Assembly: GCF_009914755.1 (NCBI RefSeq)
Contig: NC_060941.1
DNA length: 64,000 nucleotides
Origin: the human T2T-CHM13v2.0 reference genome, Homo sapiens
Direction: 5' to 3' (one strand)
Part shown: in pieces, positions 1-12,759 of the stretch
Layout of the letters: every line of letters begins with the position of its first letter
How positions within the stretch are numbered: the first letter of the stretch is position 1
Made by a program: the position numbers and the translations under genes
The notes under the pieces: generated by a model
Database searches by the model: none
Told to the model about the DNA's origin: nothing
What the model saw: only the letters and a program-made list of their open reading frames with translations

Positions 1-588
1 CAACCTTGAATTGATGGTTGTTAAATACTTAAATATTTTAAAACCTAATGTGTTCGATGAGGTCCCTTCTCCTTCCGGTATGACCATGCCAATTACAGGC
101 ATGTTCTGTGTATAATGTGTCTCATTTTGACATACCAGGCAGCAATGTGGATATGCTTGGAATCATTCTTGACTCTTCCCCCCTCCTCTCATATAACTAG
201 CCGAGTGGTGGTGAGACATCCTCCATCCTGCTTTTCTAGGAAAGGGTGAAGTTAGGGGGAGCAGAACAGGAGAGGGAGAGCACGGCAGATGCTGTGGGGT
301 GACAGTAACTGGCTGACTGATCTGTGAACACATGTGAAAGACCCTCGGGTATTCTCTAACTGGTTGAGACTTGGAAACAACGAGCAGGTGGAAATAGAGT
401 CAGAGCAATTTAAATACTTACAACGCATCTATATCCACAGGGTGGTGGGGCCTGGGGCACCTGGTTTCTTACATTTTCAGCATCACTTCTCGCTCCTCCA
501 ACACAAACACCCGTCCCCCCCCACCACCATGCCAATAGGTCTTTTCTCTAATCTTGAGAACACCCAATTCATTTCCACCTGTACTCTT

Positions 589-889
589 CCCCCACTCCCC
601 ACCCCCCGAGATGGAGTCTTGCTCTGTCACCCAGGCTGGAGTGAAGTGGTGCGGTCTTGGCTCACTGCAACCTCCGCCTCCCTGGTTCAAGCAATTCTCC
701 TGCCTCAGCCTCCTCGAGGAGCTGAGATTACAGGTGCACGCCACCATGCCCAGCTAATTTTTGTATTTTTAGTAGAGATGGGGTTTCACCATGTTGGCCA
801 GGCTGGTCTCCAACTCCTGACCTCCTGATTCCGCCCACCTTGGCCTCCCAAAGTGCTGGGATTACAGGCATGAGCCACCACGCCTAGCC
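589..889 (-). mobile_element. Alu (S-type) with a G-rich tail
   Basis: Dimeric Alu antisense; TSD TCCACCTGTACT(C/A)TT at 574-588 and 890-904. Confidence 0.93.
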
Positions 890-1784
890 TCCACCTGTAC
901 TATTTGGCTCATACTGTCCAACTATCTATACAGCCTTTCCCTTCTCCGGTGCTTATTGTATCTTACCTTAGCAATCCTTCAAGGCCCACTCCTATTTGCT
1001 ATATTTTTTTTCAACCAATCCCTGCCTCTGCTCTCAACATCTGCCACACTGTATTATCATCCACGTAGACATTTAATTGCATGCTGTCTCATATCATTAT
1101 TTCAGCGTTTCCCAAGTATTTATCTTGCCTGCCTAACTTGATTGTCTTCCCTCTGAGTTCAGGGGCTTGGTCATGAATATCTGCTGTTTTTTCTGTATGA
1201 GCCTTTATGCTTCCACAGACAGTAGAAGTTTTTGATACTTATTCGATGGGTAGATGAAGAGATAGAACGTAAATGTGGTGTTTGCACACTTCCTTGTATA
1301 TAATTCTGCCATAATGGTATCACTGATTTCTCATTATAACTCAAGTAGTTTTGCTAGATTGGAGATAGACTTTTCTGATGTGTTCATGCTCTTACTCCAT
1401 CACTGGGAAGGTATACAGTAGAGGGAAAATGCAAGTATACTGCCTACATAATCTTCAGGAAGTCAAGAGCTATCACTTCATCCAGTTTGCCACACCAGAA
1501 AGAGGGAAATAATAGCGGTGGGAGTGACAGTAATGATTAAGAGGCATTGTGGTCACTTCACACCATCCATAGGCTGTCTTTTTTTTTTTTTCTTTAGCTC
1601 CCCTCAAAGCACATGGACTAATAGAGTAACACAAACGAATTGGCATAATTCCTTCTCCTGCTATTGTTACTAGTTCAAGTGTGGGCACTTGCCCCAACTT
1701 GAGGCCAAGAGTATAGGGAGGATGTTTACTTGCTGCTTCTGGGAAGAAGCACTTTTACTAAATGAGACTTTCCCAAAGCTTTAC

Positions 1785-2085
1785 TTTTTTTTTTTTTTCT
1801 TTTTGAGGCAGGTTCTCACACTATCCCCAAGGCTGGAGTGCAGTTGGGATCTCAGCTCACTGCAACCTCCGCCTCCCAGGCTCAAGTGATTTTCGTGCCT
1901 CAGCCTCCTGAGTAGCCGGGACTGCAGGCGTGAGCCACCACGCCTGGCTAATTTTTGTATTTTTTAGTAGAGACGGAGTTACACCATGTTGCCCAGGCTG
2001 GTCTCGAACTCCTGAGCTCAGGCAGTCTGCCCGCCTCAGGCTCCCTAAGTGCTAGGATTACAGGCGTGAGCAACCGCTCCCGGCC
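1785..2085 (-). mobile_element. Alu (older, J-like)
   Basis: Poly-T tail, Alu body, TSD TCCCAAAGCTTTA at 1771-1783 and 2086-2098. Confidence 0.93.
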
Positions 2086-2659
2086 TCCCAAAGCTTTAGA
2101 TGAAGCTGACACTATGGAAACCTTGGCAGAAGATTAGAAAGAAACAAGTTCCTGATGGCATTGTTTAGCAGGCAAATCGATGTATCCCTGAAATCCAACA
2201 TCCAATCTGAAGTTAAATGAGCTTTACCGTTCAAGCCACTTAGAGTTGGACTTTTAGTTAACTTGCAACCGAATATAACCGGCACATATGTACTAACCAC
2301 AGTGATAATAATATCTGCACTACAAACTCACAATCGGGAGAGTAAAAGCTAATCACATATGTGAAACTGCTGTGTCAGCTTTATTATGCAAGTATTTGTT
2401 GCTGAGAGCCTCTTGGTTAAGATACCTTCCCTCAAGAGACAGAACTTGAAAAGAATCTTAAAGATGTGGAGGGCTTCGGTTGTTCATATCGGGATTTTAA
2501 AAAACGTCTCAACTGTGTATCAGAAAGCTTAAGACATTAAGATTCAAGCTGAACAGAACAGGAAATGCGGCAGATACTGTACATGACAAACTTTCTAGGA
2601 GGAAATGATTTACATAAAAGCTGGTGCCCAGCACAGGGTAAGTGCTAAATAACTGTTTT

Positions 2660-3190
2660 TAAATGTTATTTGGAAAAAAAAAAAAAAAGATTAATCATCC
2701 ATGGTACAAAATTTAAAAGTTACATAAGTATGGAGTCTCGCGTCTTCCCTGACCCCCACCCCCAGTCATCCAATATATTTTTCCAGAACTAGTCTGATCA
2801 TAACATATATACATATATAATTTTTTTCCTCACAAATGTCAGCATCCCAGACACTGTTCTGCATCATTTTTTTTTACAAATCACATAATGTATCTTGAAG
2901 GTCTTTCCATATCAGTGTCTAGAGAGCAGAGTCTATTTGTTTTTAAGAGCTGCAGACAACTTCAAGTGTGGCCCAACCATAATTTACGTTTCTATGAATT
3001 TAACCGGTGTTATCGTTGGACATTTTGACTGTTTCTGGCCGTTTGTGATGTCCAACAATGATGTAATGATTATCCTTGCAGGGACTTCACTTCGCAGGAG
3101 CAGAAGCCCATTTGCAGGATAAATTCTGAGTTGCGGAACTAGTGATTTACAGGGCAGAGGTGCAGTCTTTGTCTTAATTTCTGAATTCAC
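2660..3190 (-). mobile_element. Old L1M (L1ME-like) 3' fragment
   Basis: Resembles antisense L1ME 3' UTR (catggtacaaaatttaaaag..., ctttccatatcagt..., ggacattttgactgtttc); similar to 61290-61830. Confidence 0.55.
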
Positions 3191-3209
3191 GAATGTTGAA
3201 TGTGATGAA

Positions 3210-3850
3210 TTCGTGGGAAGCCCCGCAGGGAGCCTAAGCAGCTCTCCAGAGGCTGTGGTTGTCACGGATGATGATTGCGGGACCCGCAGACTGAGTCTCC
3301 AAGCGCTCCGCCCCGCCGCGCCCCTCTCCGCGGGTCCCACCGCGGACCCGCCCCTGCGCGCCCCGGGCCAGGAGCCCCTAGCTGCAGGACCAGGCACGTG
3401 CGATTCCACGTGAGCCTCCCGGCCGGCGCGCAGATGGGAAGTGCGCATGCGCCTACCGCCTGGAAAGTAGGTCAGACTCCTCCTCTCACGTGACCTGCTC
3501 CCCTTAGCTACCCTCGGCGCCTCCCCGCCGGGGCGCAGCCGGGATGCGCTCGGCAGCCAACGTGACGGGGCTGGGCGCGGGCGGCTCCGCGAGCGCCCAG
3601 CGCCCGCGAGGATTTGCCGGTTCTCCTCACACCCGAGCGCTCCGCTCAGAAGTCGGGCGGGCAAAAGGGAGCGCCTCGGGAAGTATCTGGGAGCCGGGCT
3701 GGAAATGAATGGGGCCCGGAAGCGAGCTCAAATCGCTGACACCTGGCACCGGGCTGCGTCCACTTTCATGCTTCCTAAGGCAGTTCTGCCTGCAAGAAGG
3801 GAACGCGCATCGCCTTTCAGTAGATCACACCGATCGTTTGCACGTTTGCA
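3210..3850. promoter_or_regulatory. Orphan CpG island: distal enhancer or promoter-like element
   Basis: Dense CpG. CACGTG at 3395, 3407 and 3487; GGAAGT 3437; NRF1 TGCGCATGCGC 3442-3452; RORE AAAGTAGGTCA 3464-3474. No credible associated CDS. Confidence 0.85.
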
Positions 3851-4052
3851 TTCTCAATTTCTGCACTATATAGGGCAACTCAGACATGAAAACAATCTTT
3901 GTAAGAAGAAGTGGAATGCTAATGGTTCCTGGAGTTTTGCAGGAATATTCCACCGGCCCCATTTCTAATCTCCCACTCACTCCCTCCCCAAAGACACTCC
4001 TACTAGAAAGCTTATCGGTAGATTTCTCACCTTCCACAAGAGACTTCAGGGG

Positions 4053-4054
<2 letters not shown>

Positions 4055-4084
<30 letters not shown>
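4055..4084 (+). repeat. (CTG)10 trinucleotide repeat
   Basis: Ten uninterrupted CTG units. Confidence 0.95.
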
Positions 4085-4086
<2 letters not shown>

Positions 4087-4199
4087 GGCTGGAGGGGGTT
4101 GGGAGCAGGGAACGAAGGCAGGTCTGAATTAGCTGAAGCTAAATTCTATATATCAGAAATAATTTTATTTATTGCCCCATTGCTTTCTGATTTTTAACT

Positions 4200-4430
4200 T
4201 GTTGCACAAATGACAGACTCTGCCTCAGTGAGTTGCAATCCAGTGGAGGGCACTAACAGGCAAAATCATGGGTTACAATGCAGTGGGCTATACATGTTTT
4301 AATAGAGGTGTGCCCAGGTGTTATATAAGCACAGTGGTGGGTACCCTGAGTCTTGAAGACTAAGTGGGAGTTAGCTGGCAGAGAAATAAGGCAGAGGGGG
4401 TGGAAAGTGTTCCAAACAAAGGGAATAACT
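4200..4430. mobile_element. L2 fragment
   Basis: L2-type words (gagtcttgaagac...gggagttagc...gttccaaacaaagggaa). Confidence 0.45.
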
Positions 4431-5564
4431 AATAGTTACATAATATTTTCCTCTAAGAAGTTTTTACTATAATTGTCTTAGTCATGCATATGGTTAGAAT
4501 ATGTATTGTTTACATTTATATTATTCTAAGACAGTCTTGAATGAACATTGTTGTGCATGAGGCTTCCCCCCTCCACTTTTAATAACCCCTAGGAGTGGGA
4601 TTGCTATATAAAAGACACAAATATTTTGTAACTTTTGATAAAGTATTGCCAAATTATTTTCAAAAATATGTTGTACTCATTTGTACCAATATTTAGCCTT
4701 CAGTCAGTAAATTGCCCGTTATTTCAAATCAATGAAGCCTTATGACATTAACACTTGATTCATTAGAATATGCCAGAAATCATAATACACATGCATTTCT
4801 GCTTTATATGACCCATGACAAAAGTCTAATTGAATTCAAGTTTAAAAATGGGAAAATATCGGATCAGTACATTTCATTCTTACAGGGAACACCTAACATG
4901 GACAAGGTGGGAGGTGGGGGCAGGAGTGAAAGTGGGACAAACTAAAGCCTCACCAAATGCCTGTCTCTGATTGCTCTTTTCTTACTGTACGTCTAGGGTA
5001 AGAGATAAAGCAGCTCACACAAGCCAGAACAAGCAAAGAGGTTTTCACACCCCTCTGCAAATGTCAGAACAGTAGCAGAATCAAAGGGACCTAGGGTTTG
5101 ACCTCTTCAGAGGTCACTTTAACTTGCAGCAGAAAAGCTGATCAGGTGTTGATGAATTTCTGGAAGCCTGCAAGCTTCCTAACTCAATTTCTGTTGGCAT
5201 CTGTATCTGCAAGAAGAAAACAATACTGTGACATTAGAACATTTGTGACGAAAGGTAATGTAAGTAATGTGGACAATGAAAGGAGAACGTATCTTGGTTT
5301 TGCCTGTATTAAGCTAGATCACTAAGGAAATCTGAAGCATGGAACAGAGTTATAACTTTTCAAACACATGGTTGTAGTTCATACTGCGGTTATTTTCCTA
5401 ATATCTATCCTTCACCTTGTGTATCAGTCTTATAATTTCAGCTGGTGGGGGGCCTTACCTCCTCTCTCAGTTCAGGGGTTGGGCTTGACGAAATTAACAA
5501 ATCAGGGTGGTCCCATTGTTTTTTGTTTCGTTTCGTTTGGGTTTTCTGTTTATTTATTTGCCTT

Positions 5565-6003
5565 TAAAATTTTATTATAATAACATTTAACATGAGATCT
5601 ACCCTTCTAAAATTTTTTAAGTGTGAAACATTATTGTTGATTATAGGTGCAATGTTGTACGGCAGATCTCTAGAACTTATTCATCTTGCTTGACTGAAAC
5701 TTTATGCCCACTAATTGGTAACTCCCCATTTTGTCCTCTCCCCAGCCCCTGGAAACCACCTTTCCACTTTTTGAGTCTTTGAATTTGACTATTTTGAGTT
5801 CCTCAGATAAGTGGAATCATGCAGTGTTTGTCTTTCTGTGACTGGCTTATTTCACTTAGCATAACGTATGCAAGGTTCATCTATCTCATTTTATATTGCA
5901 GAATTGCCTTCTTATTATGGTTGAATAGAATTCCATTGTATGTCTATACCATATTTGCTTTATGCATTCATCTGTTGATAGACATTTAGTTTGTTTCCAC
6001 CAT
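5565..6003 (-). mobile_element. L1MA/MB 3' end fragment
   Basis: acatgagatctaccc..., gatctctagaacttattcatcttgc..., gtggaatcatgcagtgtttgtctttctgtgactggcttatttcacttagcataa. Confidence 0.8.
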
Positions 6004-6449
6004 TCCTCTTTTTATGAGGATTGAAAGAGTTCCTGCAGCAGATGCACTTAGAAGAGTGCCTGACATATATTAAGAGTACATGAAGTATTCGTTGTTGTTA
6101 CTGTTGTTATTATTAGTGTAACAATGACTGGTTCAATCAGAGGAAAGCCTGGACTTGTTATAGTTACTCGATGCCATCCTTTCTCCTTGGACAGGAATGG
6201 AAGAGCAGGTATAACTACTGATGCCCTCTTTCCACCTCGAGAGGATCCAACCCAACCACACACCTGATAAACAGGGAGAAGCAGAGGAAGCTACACCCTG
6301 ATCAAACTACACTTGAAGCCTGTACTCCCTCTTGACCTTTGAGCTGTTTGAGCTAAATGCATCCCATTTGTTACCTTAATTATTAGAATTGGGTTTTCAG
6401 GTGTTTGTCAATGCAGACATCCTGATACCATGTCTAGGTCTTCATTTTA

Positions 6450-6743
6450 TTTTATTTATTTATTTTTAGACAGGGTGTCACTCTGTCACCCAGGATAGAG
6501 TGAAATGGCATGATCTCGGCTCACTGCAGCCTTGACCTCCCAGGCTAAAGCAATCCTCCCACCCCAGCCTCCCAAGTAGCTGGGACTACAGGCATGTACC
6601 ACCACACACAGCTAAGTTTTTTTGTAGAGATGGAGTTTTGCCATGTTGCCCAAGTGGGTCTTGAACTCCTGGGCTCAAGCAGTTCACCCACCTTGGCCTC
6701 CCAAAATGCTGGGATTACAGGCATGTGCCAGCACACCTAGCCC
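6450..6743 (-). mobile_element. AluJ
   Basis: Antisense Alu with J-type words (gcagccttgacctcc, ctcctgggctcaag); TSD aggt(c/t)ttcatttta. Confidence 0.9.
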
Positions 6744-6860
6744 AGGTTTTCATTTTAACTAAAGGGTCAAAATGATGACACAGACACTCCATTTTGAGCA
6801 TGCACTTGTTAAAGAATGGAATTAAATTTCACATCCGTAACAAATGAATAAAACATCCAA

Positions 6861-7249
6861 TGTATTAGTTTGCTAGAGCTGACATAACAAAATACCACTG
6901 ACTGGGTGGTTTAAACAGAAATTTATAGTCTTACAGTTCTGGAGGCTAGAAGTCCAAGATCAATGTGTCAGCAGGGTAGGTTTCTTCTTAGTCTCTCCTG
7001 GCCTTGTAGACAGCCATCTTCTTCCTGTTTCTTCACATGGTCTTCCCTCTTCATGTGTCTTTGTCCTAATTTCCTTTTCTTGTGAGGATACCAGTCATGT
7101 TGGATTAGGGCCTACCCCAATGACCTCATTTTAACTAAAGTATCTCTTCAATGACCTTATTTCCAAATATAGCCACATTCTGAGTACTGGGAGCTAGGAC
7201 TTCAACATATGAATGGGGCAGGGGAGGGGACACAATTCGGTCGATAACA
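6861..7249 (-). mobile_element. MaLR solo LTR (MLT1A-like)
   Basis: tgtattagtt... start, acagttctggaggctagaagtccaagatc, ggattagggcctaccc, ...gacacaattc...aaca end. Confidence 0.8.
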
Positions 7250-7872
7250 TCCAAAAAGGCATTAATAATATCATATGGATTATTTGATACCAGATCTTTA
7301 CCTTGATACAAATGCTGTTCTCCAAGTTTTTGTTTAGGGGCTAGGAAAGGAAGAGAGATTGAGAATACGAAAGCTCCTCTCTGAGAACAGATCCAGAAAA
7401 ACAGCATGTAATAAAGATTTGGCTAAGCCCACTCTCAAATATCTGTCCTGGAAGGACAATTCACATTGATGACAGGAAAGCTAATATAAAGATAACTTTG
7501 GTTATTTAACTCTTTGTGAGCCTCCGTGAGGATGGGCAACTTTGCTGAAGAATCTGTTTCAGGCTGATCTTTTTTTTCTCCGTTAACAATTCTTAGCTAA
7601 AGTTTTGGTGCTTTACTGAAGAATGGAATCTCATTTCTGGACATGGTTGAACAGCTGTTTCTGTGTTCTTTCTAATTTCAGTGAGGCAAGGCTCCAAAAA
7701 CGAATAGAAAGCTTGGTTTGCATTCTGAGGTTGGCCATTGAATTGAATGGTTTGTACTGCAGGAAAAAGCTGTGTGACATAGAAGTCACTTCCCCACTTT
7801 GGGCTCAGTTTCTCTTAATGTAAAATAAGACAGTTGGACTCCATGATTTCCAATGTTGTGTCCATCTATTCA

Positions 7873-8229
<357 letters not shown>

Positions 8230-8509
8230 TTATCATTCCCGAAACCCTTTCCTAGCATGCAAGTGTCTATTAAGCTCCATCTGCGTCAGGTATTCATGGC
8301 AGACAAGAAAGGTACATTTCTTTGAGAATCAGATGATCCATATCGCCCATTGTTGAGAACATCTGCCCATCTTTATTTCATTGCCTAAATTCCTTTTTCT
8401 TGGAGTGAGGAAAGAGACAGGGAAGAACAACTGTTTGTAGTAGCAGCCAGCATTGGAAAGAAAATATCTTTTTGTTGCTAGTCAGTGTACTAAAGATACA
8501 CACCTGGCT

Positions 8510-8655
8510 CCAGCTCAGAGGTTTGTAACCAGGGATGCGCATCAAAATTACCCCTGAAATTTCTAAAAGCACATGTCTGTAACTCTACTTCTCAAAATTT
8601 TGAATCAGTAAGTCTGAAGGAGGGCCTGAATCTGTGGAAAAGTCCTACAGATATA
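8510..8655. mobile_element. MER5-type DNA transposon fragment
   Basis: gcatcaaaattacccctg...gaatcagtaagtctg...gggcctgaatctg. Confidence 0.45.
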
Positions 8656-8751
8656 ATGCTATGGGTTTGGTCTAACCATTTCTTCATTTCCATTAAATCA
8701 CTCCCAGGTCCTTTTAGTCAGTTATACCAAATCACCTTGTGTTGCACATTA

Positions 8752-9238
<487 letters not shown>

Positions 9239-9920
9239 CTATGGAGCTTACATATTGTAAATAGCAACAAAAACTTAGTATGGTATTTGCGATAAATAGA
9301 GAGTAATATTTGATATCAGTGTTCTTTTTTAATCACCGAGGTACATTCTGGAATTACAGCACTAAAATAACAAAAGACTTGATTCCACCAACCCTCCTGG
9401 TGGGCTTATTTAAGCAAATTGTATTTGTTTGCCGAACTGTAAATAAAACAGGTTCTAGCCTTCCATTCCTTCAGACTTGCATTTCTGTAGCTGCATATGG
9501 AATTTGTTCTTATTAGACTCCAGTAAAGAGCGTCCAGGGATAGAAAAAGAGGAAACATTACTCAAAACACAAAACATAGTAAAACAAAGAATTGCCCATT
9601 TCTTTCAGAAGTCCAGCTCTTAGAGCAGTGGAACAAACAGACGTTGCGCAGTGAAACAGAACAGTCTTGACCCCCAGCTCCTTCTTGCCACTGGTAGTCT
9701 ACATGTGCAGCTGTACTTGTGACATTCCCTTCAGTACTCTTACCTGCCCAAAGGTGGTCATCACACTCATATGGCAGGTGGCTATGAGGATCAGAGTAGA
9801 GATGATACATGTGAAATGCTTGGCACGTAATGGGCACCCTCAAATAGTCACAGGCATCATTTTTATTATTTTCTTAGGAAAAAAAATAGGTGAACAAGCC
9901 AGGATTTACTGGTTTTTTTC

Positions 9921-10759
9921 TTTCAGAGTTTTATATTAATGAGATAAATTCAAAAGGAATTTGACGAAATTTGGAAGGTTCATATTTGCCTCTTTGTAAA
10001 TAGAGATGCCAACTCTGTAGTGGCTGCTTCTCTATAGATGAAGCACAAAATGTTAAGGTATACGTGACATTTTCAAAGGCATCAAAGGAACCCTGTACAA
10101 TGCCTCTGAACTACACATTAGCTGTGAATTGATGGCTTCACTTGAAATCTAATGAAAACTCAAACTCTCTAGATTTGAGTTGCTGCTACAACTTGGCACG
10201 ATCTTTTTCAATGTGGGGGAAATGTATCCAAATAGGATATGTAGTGTTTAAAATATCTCAGGTTCTTATAGAACCTAAGATTAGTAAGTACAAAGCAGGT
10301 GGCTGTAAACTGTACCCTGGTTGTTGTAAGGGAATGAGAGAAGAAAATTGAGCCCTTAAAAAGATTAACCTATTCAGGTTCTGAACCTGCTTGGGGACAA
10401 ACTCATATATCAACCTAAGAATCCAGACAAGTGGAAGAAGAAAGGAAGGAAGGGTTGTGATATTGAGATCAGACATTCAAACTCAAGGGGAGACTTTATA
10501 CTTATTAATGGTCCAGTCCCCAAAGAAGATAAAACTATCATAAATTTTTTGCACCAAATAACATAACATAAAAACATAACACAATTAATATAGTTGAAAT
10601 AACAGGTATATATACCAGCTATTTACTCTATAGAGAATACATTTTGTTTAAGTGCTGAAACGTTTATAAGAGTTACTCTTTTTTTCATAGTTTTATATCA
10701 ATGAGATAAATTCAAAAGGAAATCGACTAATTTTGGAAGGCTCATATTTGCCTCTTTGT
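9921..10759 (+). repeat. 77-bp direct repeat pair (9921-9997 and 10683-10759)
   Basis: Ungapped alignment with 7 mismatches, offset 762 bp. Confidence 0.9.
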
Positions 10760-11069
10760 CTTATTATGTCCCTAATATCACATATTGGGACTCAAATACA
10801 CATTTGATAAATTATCAGATGTGAGCATAGTGTTAGCAGTGGTTGACTCTGAAGATGAGGTTCAGAGTGATCTTAACTTTTTTATGTTCCTTTATATTGT
10901 TTGAATATTTTATAACCAACATGTATCATTTCTATAATGAAAAATAAGGTTATTTTCATTTAAAAAGAATACCTACTATTCCTGAACACTAACCATATTT
11001 AGGGGCAAATACTAAGCATGTGTCCTGATATATTTCATTTCATTCTCACAACAACACCTGAAGTAGAAT

Positions 11070-11505
11070 GTCAAAGATTGATAGTTTCCCTCCCCACACA
11101 TGTCTTTTCTCTACTACTTCTATAATCATAGAGGATTTAGGTCGACATGTGCCACCCAGCTGAAGACCACATTTCCCAGCCTTCCTTGCTGCTAAGTGTG
11201 GTCATAGGATGATTAATTGGATGTGAGTAAAACAGATGTGTTCAATTTCTGCTCCCTCTCCACCTTCTAACCTTTCTTGCTGCTAGAACATGAACCCAGT
11301 GAACGTGGTCGAGAACCCTATTCAACAAAGCTGAAGACAGCCACCCTTTAGGGGATGCAGACTAACAAGAGAGAGGAAACCTGTGTGCCTAGTACCATGG
11401 AGCCCCAGAGCAGCTGTGGACTGTGTATAATCAGACTATTGTGGAGGGAGAAATAAACTTCATCTTGTTTAAACTGTGTTAATTTGGTATCTGTTAAAGC
11501 AGCCA
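11070..11505 (+). mobile_element. Old MaLR LTR (MLT1I/J/K-like)
   Basis: acatttcccagccttccttgc...gtgtggtca, gagagaaataaacttcatcttgtttaa...tctgttaaagcagcc. Confidence 0.65.
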
Positions 11506-12119
11506 AATTAATCTTCTATTATTATTTTACATTGTGTAGCTTTTCTTACAAGAAATGTAACATTTCCCTTATGTTTTACAACCATAATTATTAAAAATAT
11601 TCAGACTTTATTTTATGTTGAATATATTTTAATGCTCACCAATAATGCTTATATGCCTCAACATCACAATCATGCCCAGGGCCCCTAATGATATCTTTCC
11701 ATTCCAGGAAAAATGTACAAGTGATATGTTTCCACAGTTCTTACATGCTTGAATGACAATTTGATTGCTTTTAGAATTCTTGAGTCGTACTCTTTTCCCT
11801 CTAAATCTCTAGGGACTCCTTTAAAAAAAATCTACTGGGCTAAAGAGAGAGTTGAGATATTTGAGAGCAGACTGATCATTTCTTCTTTTAAAGTAACTTG
11901 ATTTTTCTACTAGGGTACCTGTGGACTGTAAACTCTAGATAAATAACATCACAAATGTGACAGCATTGGTCAATATTTAATCATTTTTAAAAAACATTGT
12001 AGCCTCTTCAATATGTAGATTTCTGGCTCCTGTCATTCTATTTCCTTATTATATCATTTAATTTTTCTTTCTATTCATTTATCATCTTCAGAAACACCAA
12101 CTGTTATCTAACTGATTCA

Positions 12120-12420
12120 TCCCTTCAACAAGTGTTAAGTAAATGTGGGCTTAAAAATGTTGGCTCTTAATATTACTGTGTGCCAGGCATTGTTCTAGGT
12201 GCCAACACTAGAATAATGAATAGGATAGAAAGCATTTCTACTCCGTGGAGCATATCTTTTAGTGGGAAGAGAAAATAAGCAAACAGAAAACTAAGCAAGA
12301 TAATTTCAGATAGAGATATGTTTTAGGAAGAAAAACCAGGATGATATGATAGCATGACTGCCATGAACCAGTGGATCAAGGAAACTTCACTGAGCTGAAC
12401 CCTGAGTGACTTGAAAAAGC
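12120..12420. mobile_element. L2 fragment
   Basis: actgtgtgccaggcattgttctaggtgc...gataatttcagatag. Confidence 0.55.
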
Positions 12421-12759
12421 CTTTCATCCAAAGATCCTCAACCCCTCTTTCTCTGTCACACTCCATATCCACCCCACAGAAAATCCTGCTTAGGTGTTTG
12501 CGTTTTAAATTTGTGTTAATACTATTATTGTTGTGTGTGTGCTGAGGGCATCTGAAAGTACATTTCAAAATATATCTTGAATCAGACCACTTATCATCTC
12601 AGCTGCTACACCCTAGACCAGGCCGCTTTATTCATCAGCTTCTCTTCCTGCTTCCATGCTTGTGCCTACCCTCCACAGTGCACTTTATATCCAACAGTCA
12701 CAAAATTTCTGACAAATAAATTGTATCACGTGCACAAATCCTTATAATGGTTTCCTATG

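Noticed and set aside
334-828. 164-aa ORF and similar ORFs at 7870, 8749, 17692, 19057, 25692, 36481, 40082, 46211
   Set aside because: Alu-derived translations ([23 protein letters not shown]).
2984-3664. 226-aa minus-strand ORF over the upstream CpG island
   Set aside because: Non-ATG start, low-complexity R/G/A/P content typical of stop-poor GC-rich DNA, runs into L1-derived sequence.
3886-4197. Poly-alanine ORF
   Set aside because: The Ala10 run is just the CTG repeat; no other coding evidence.
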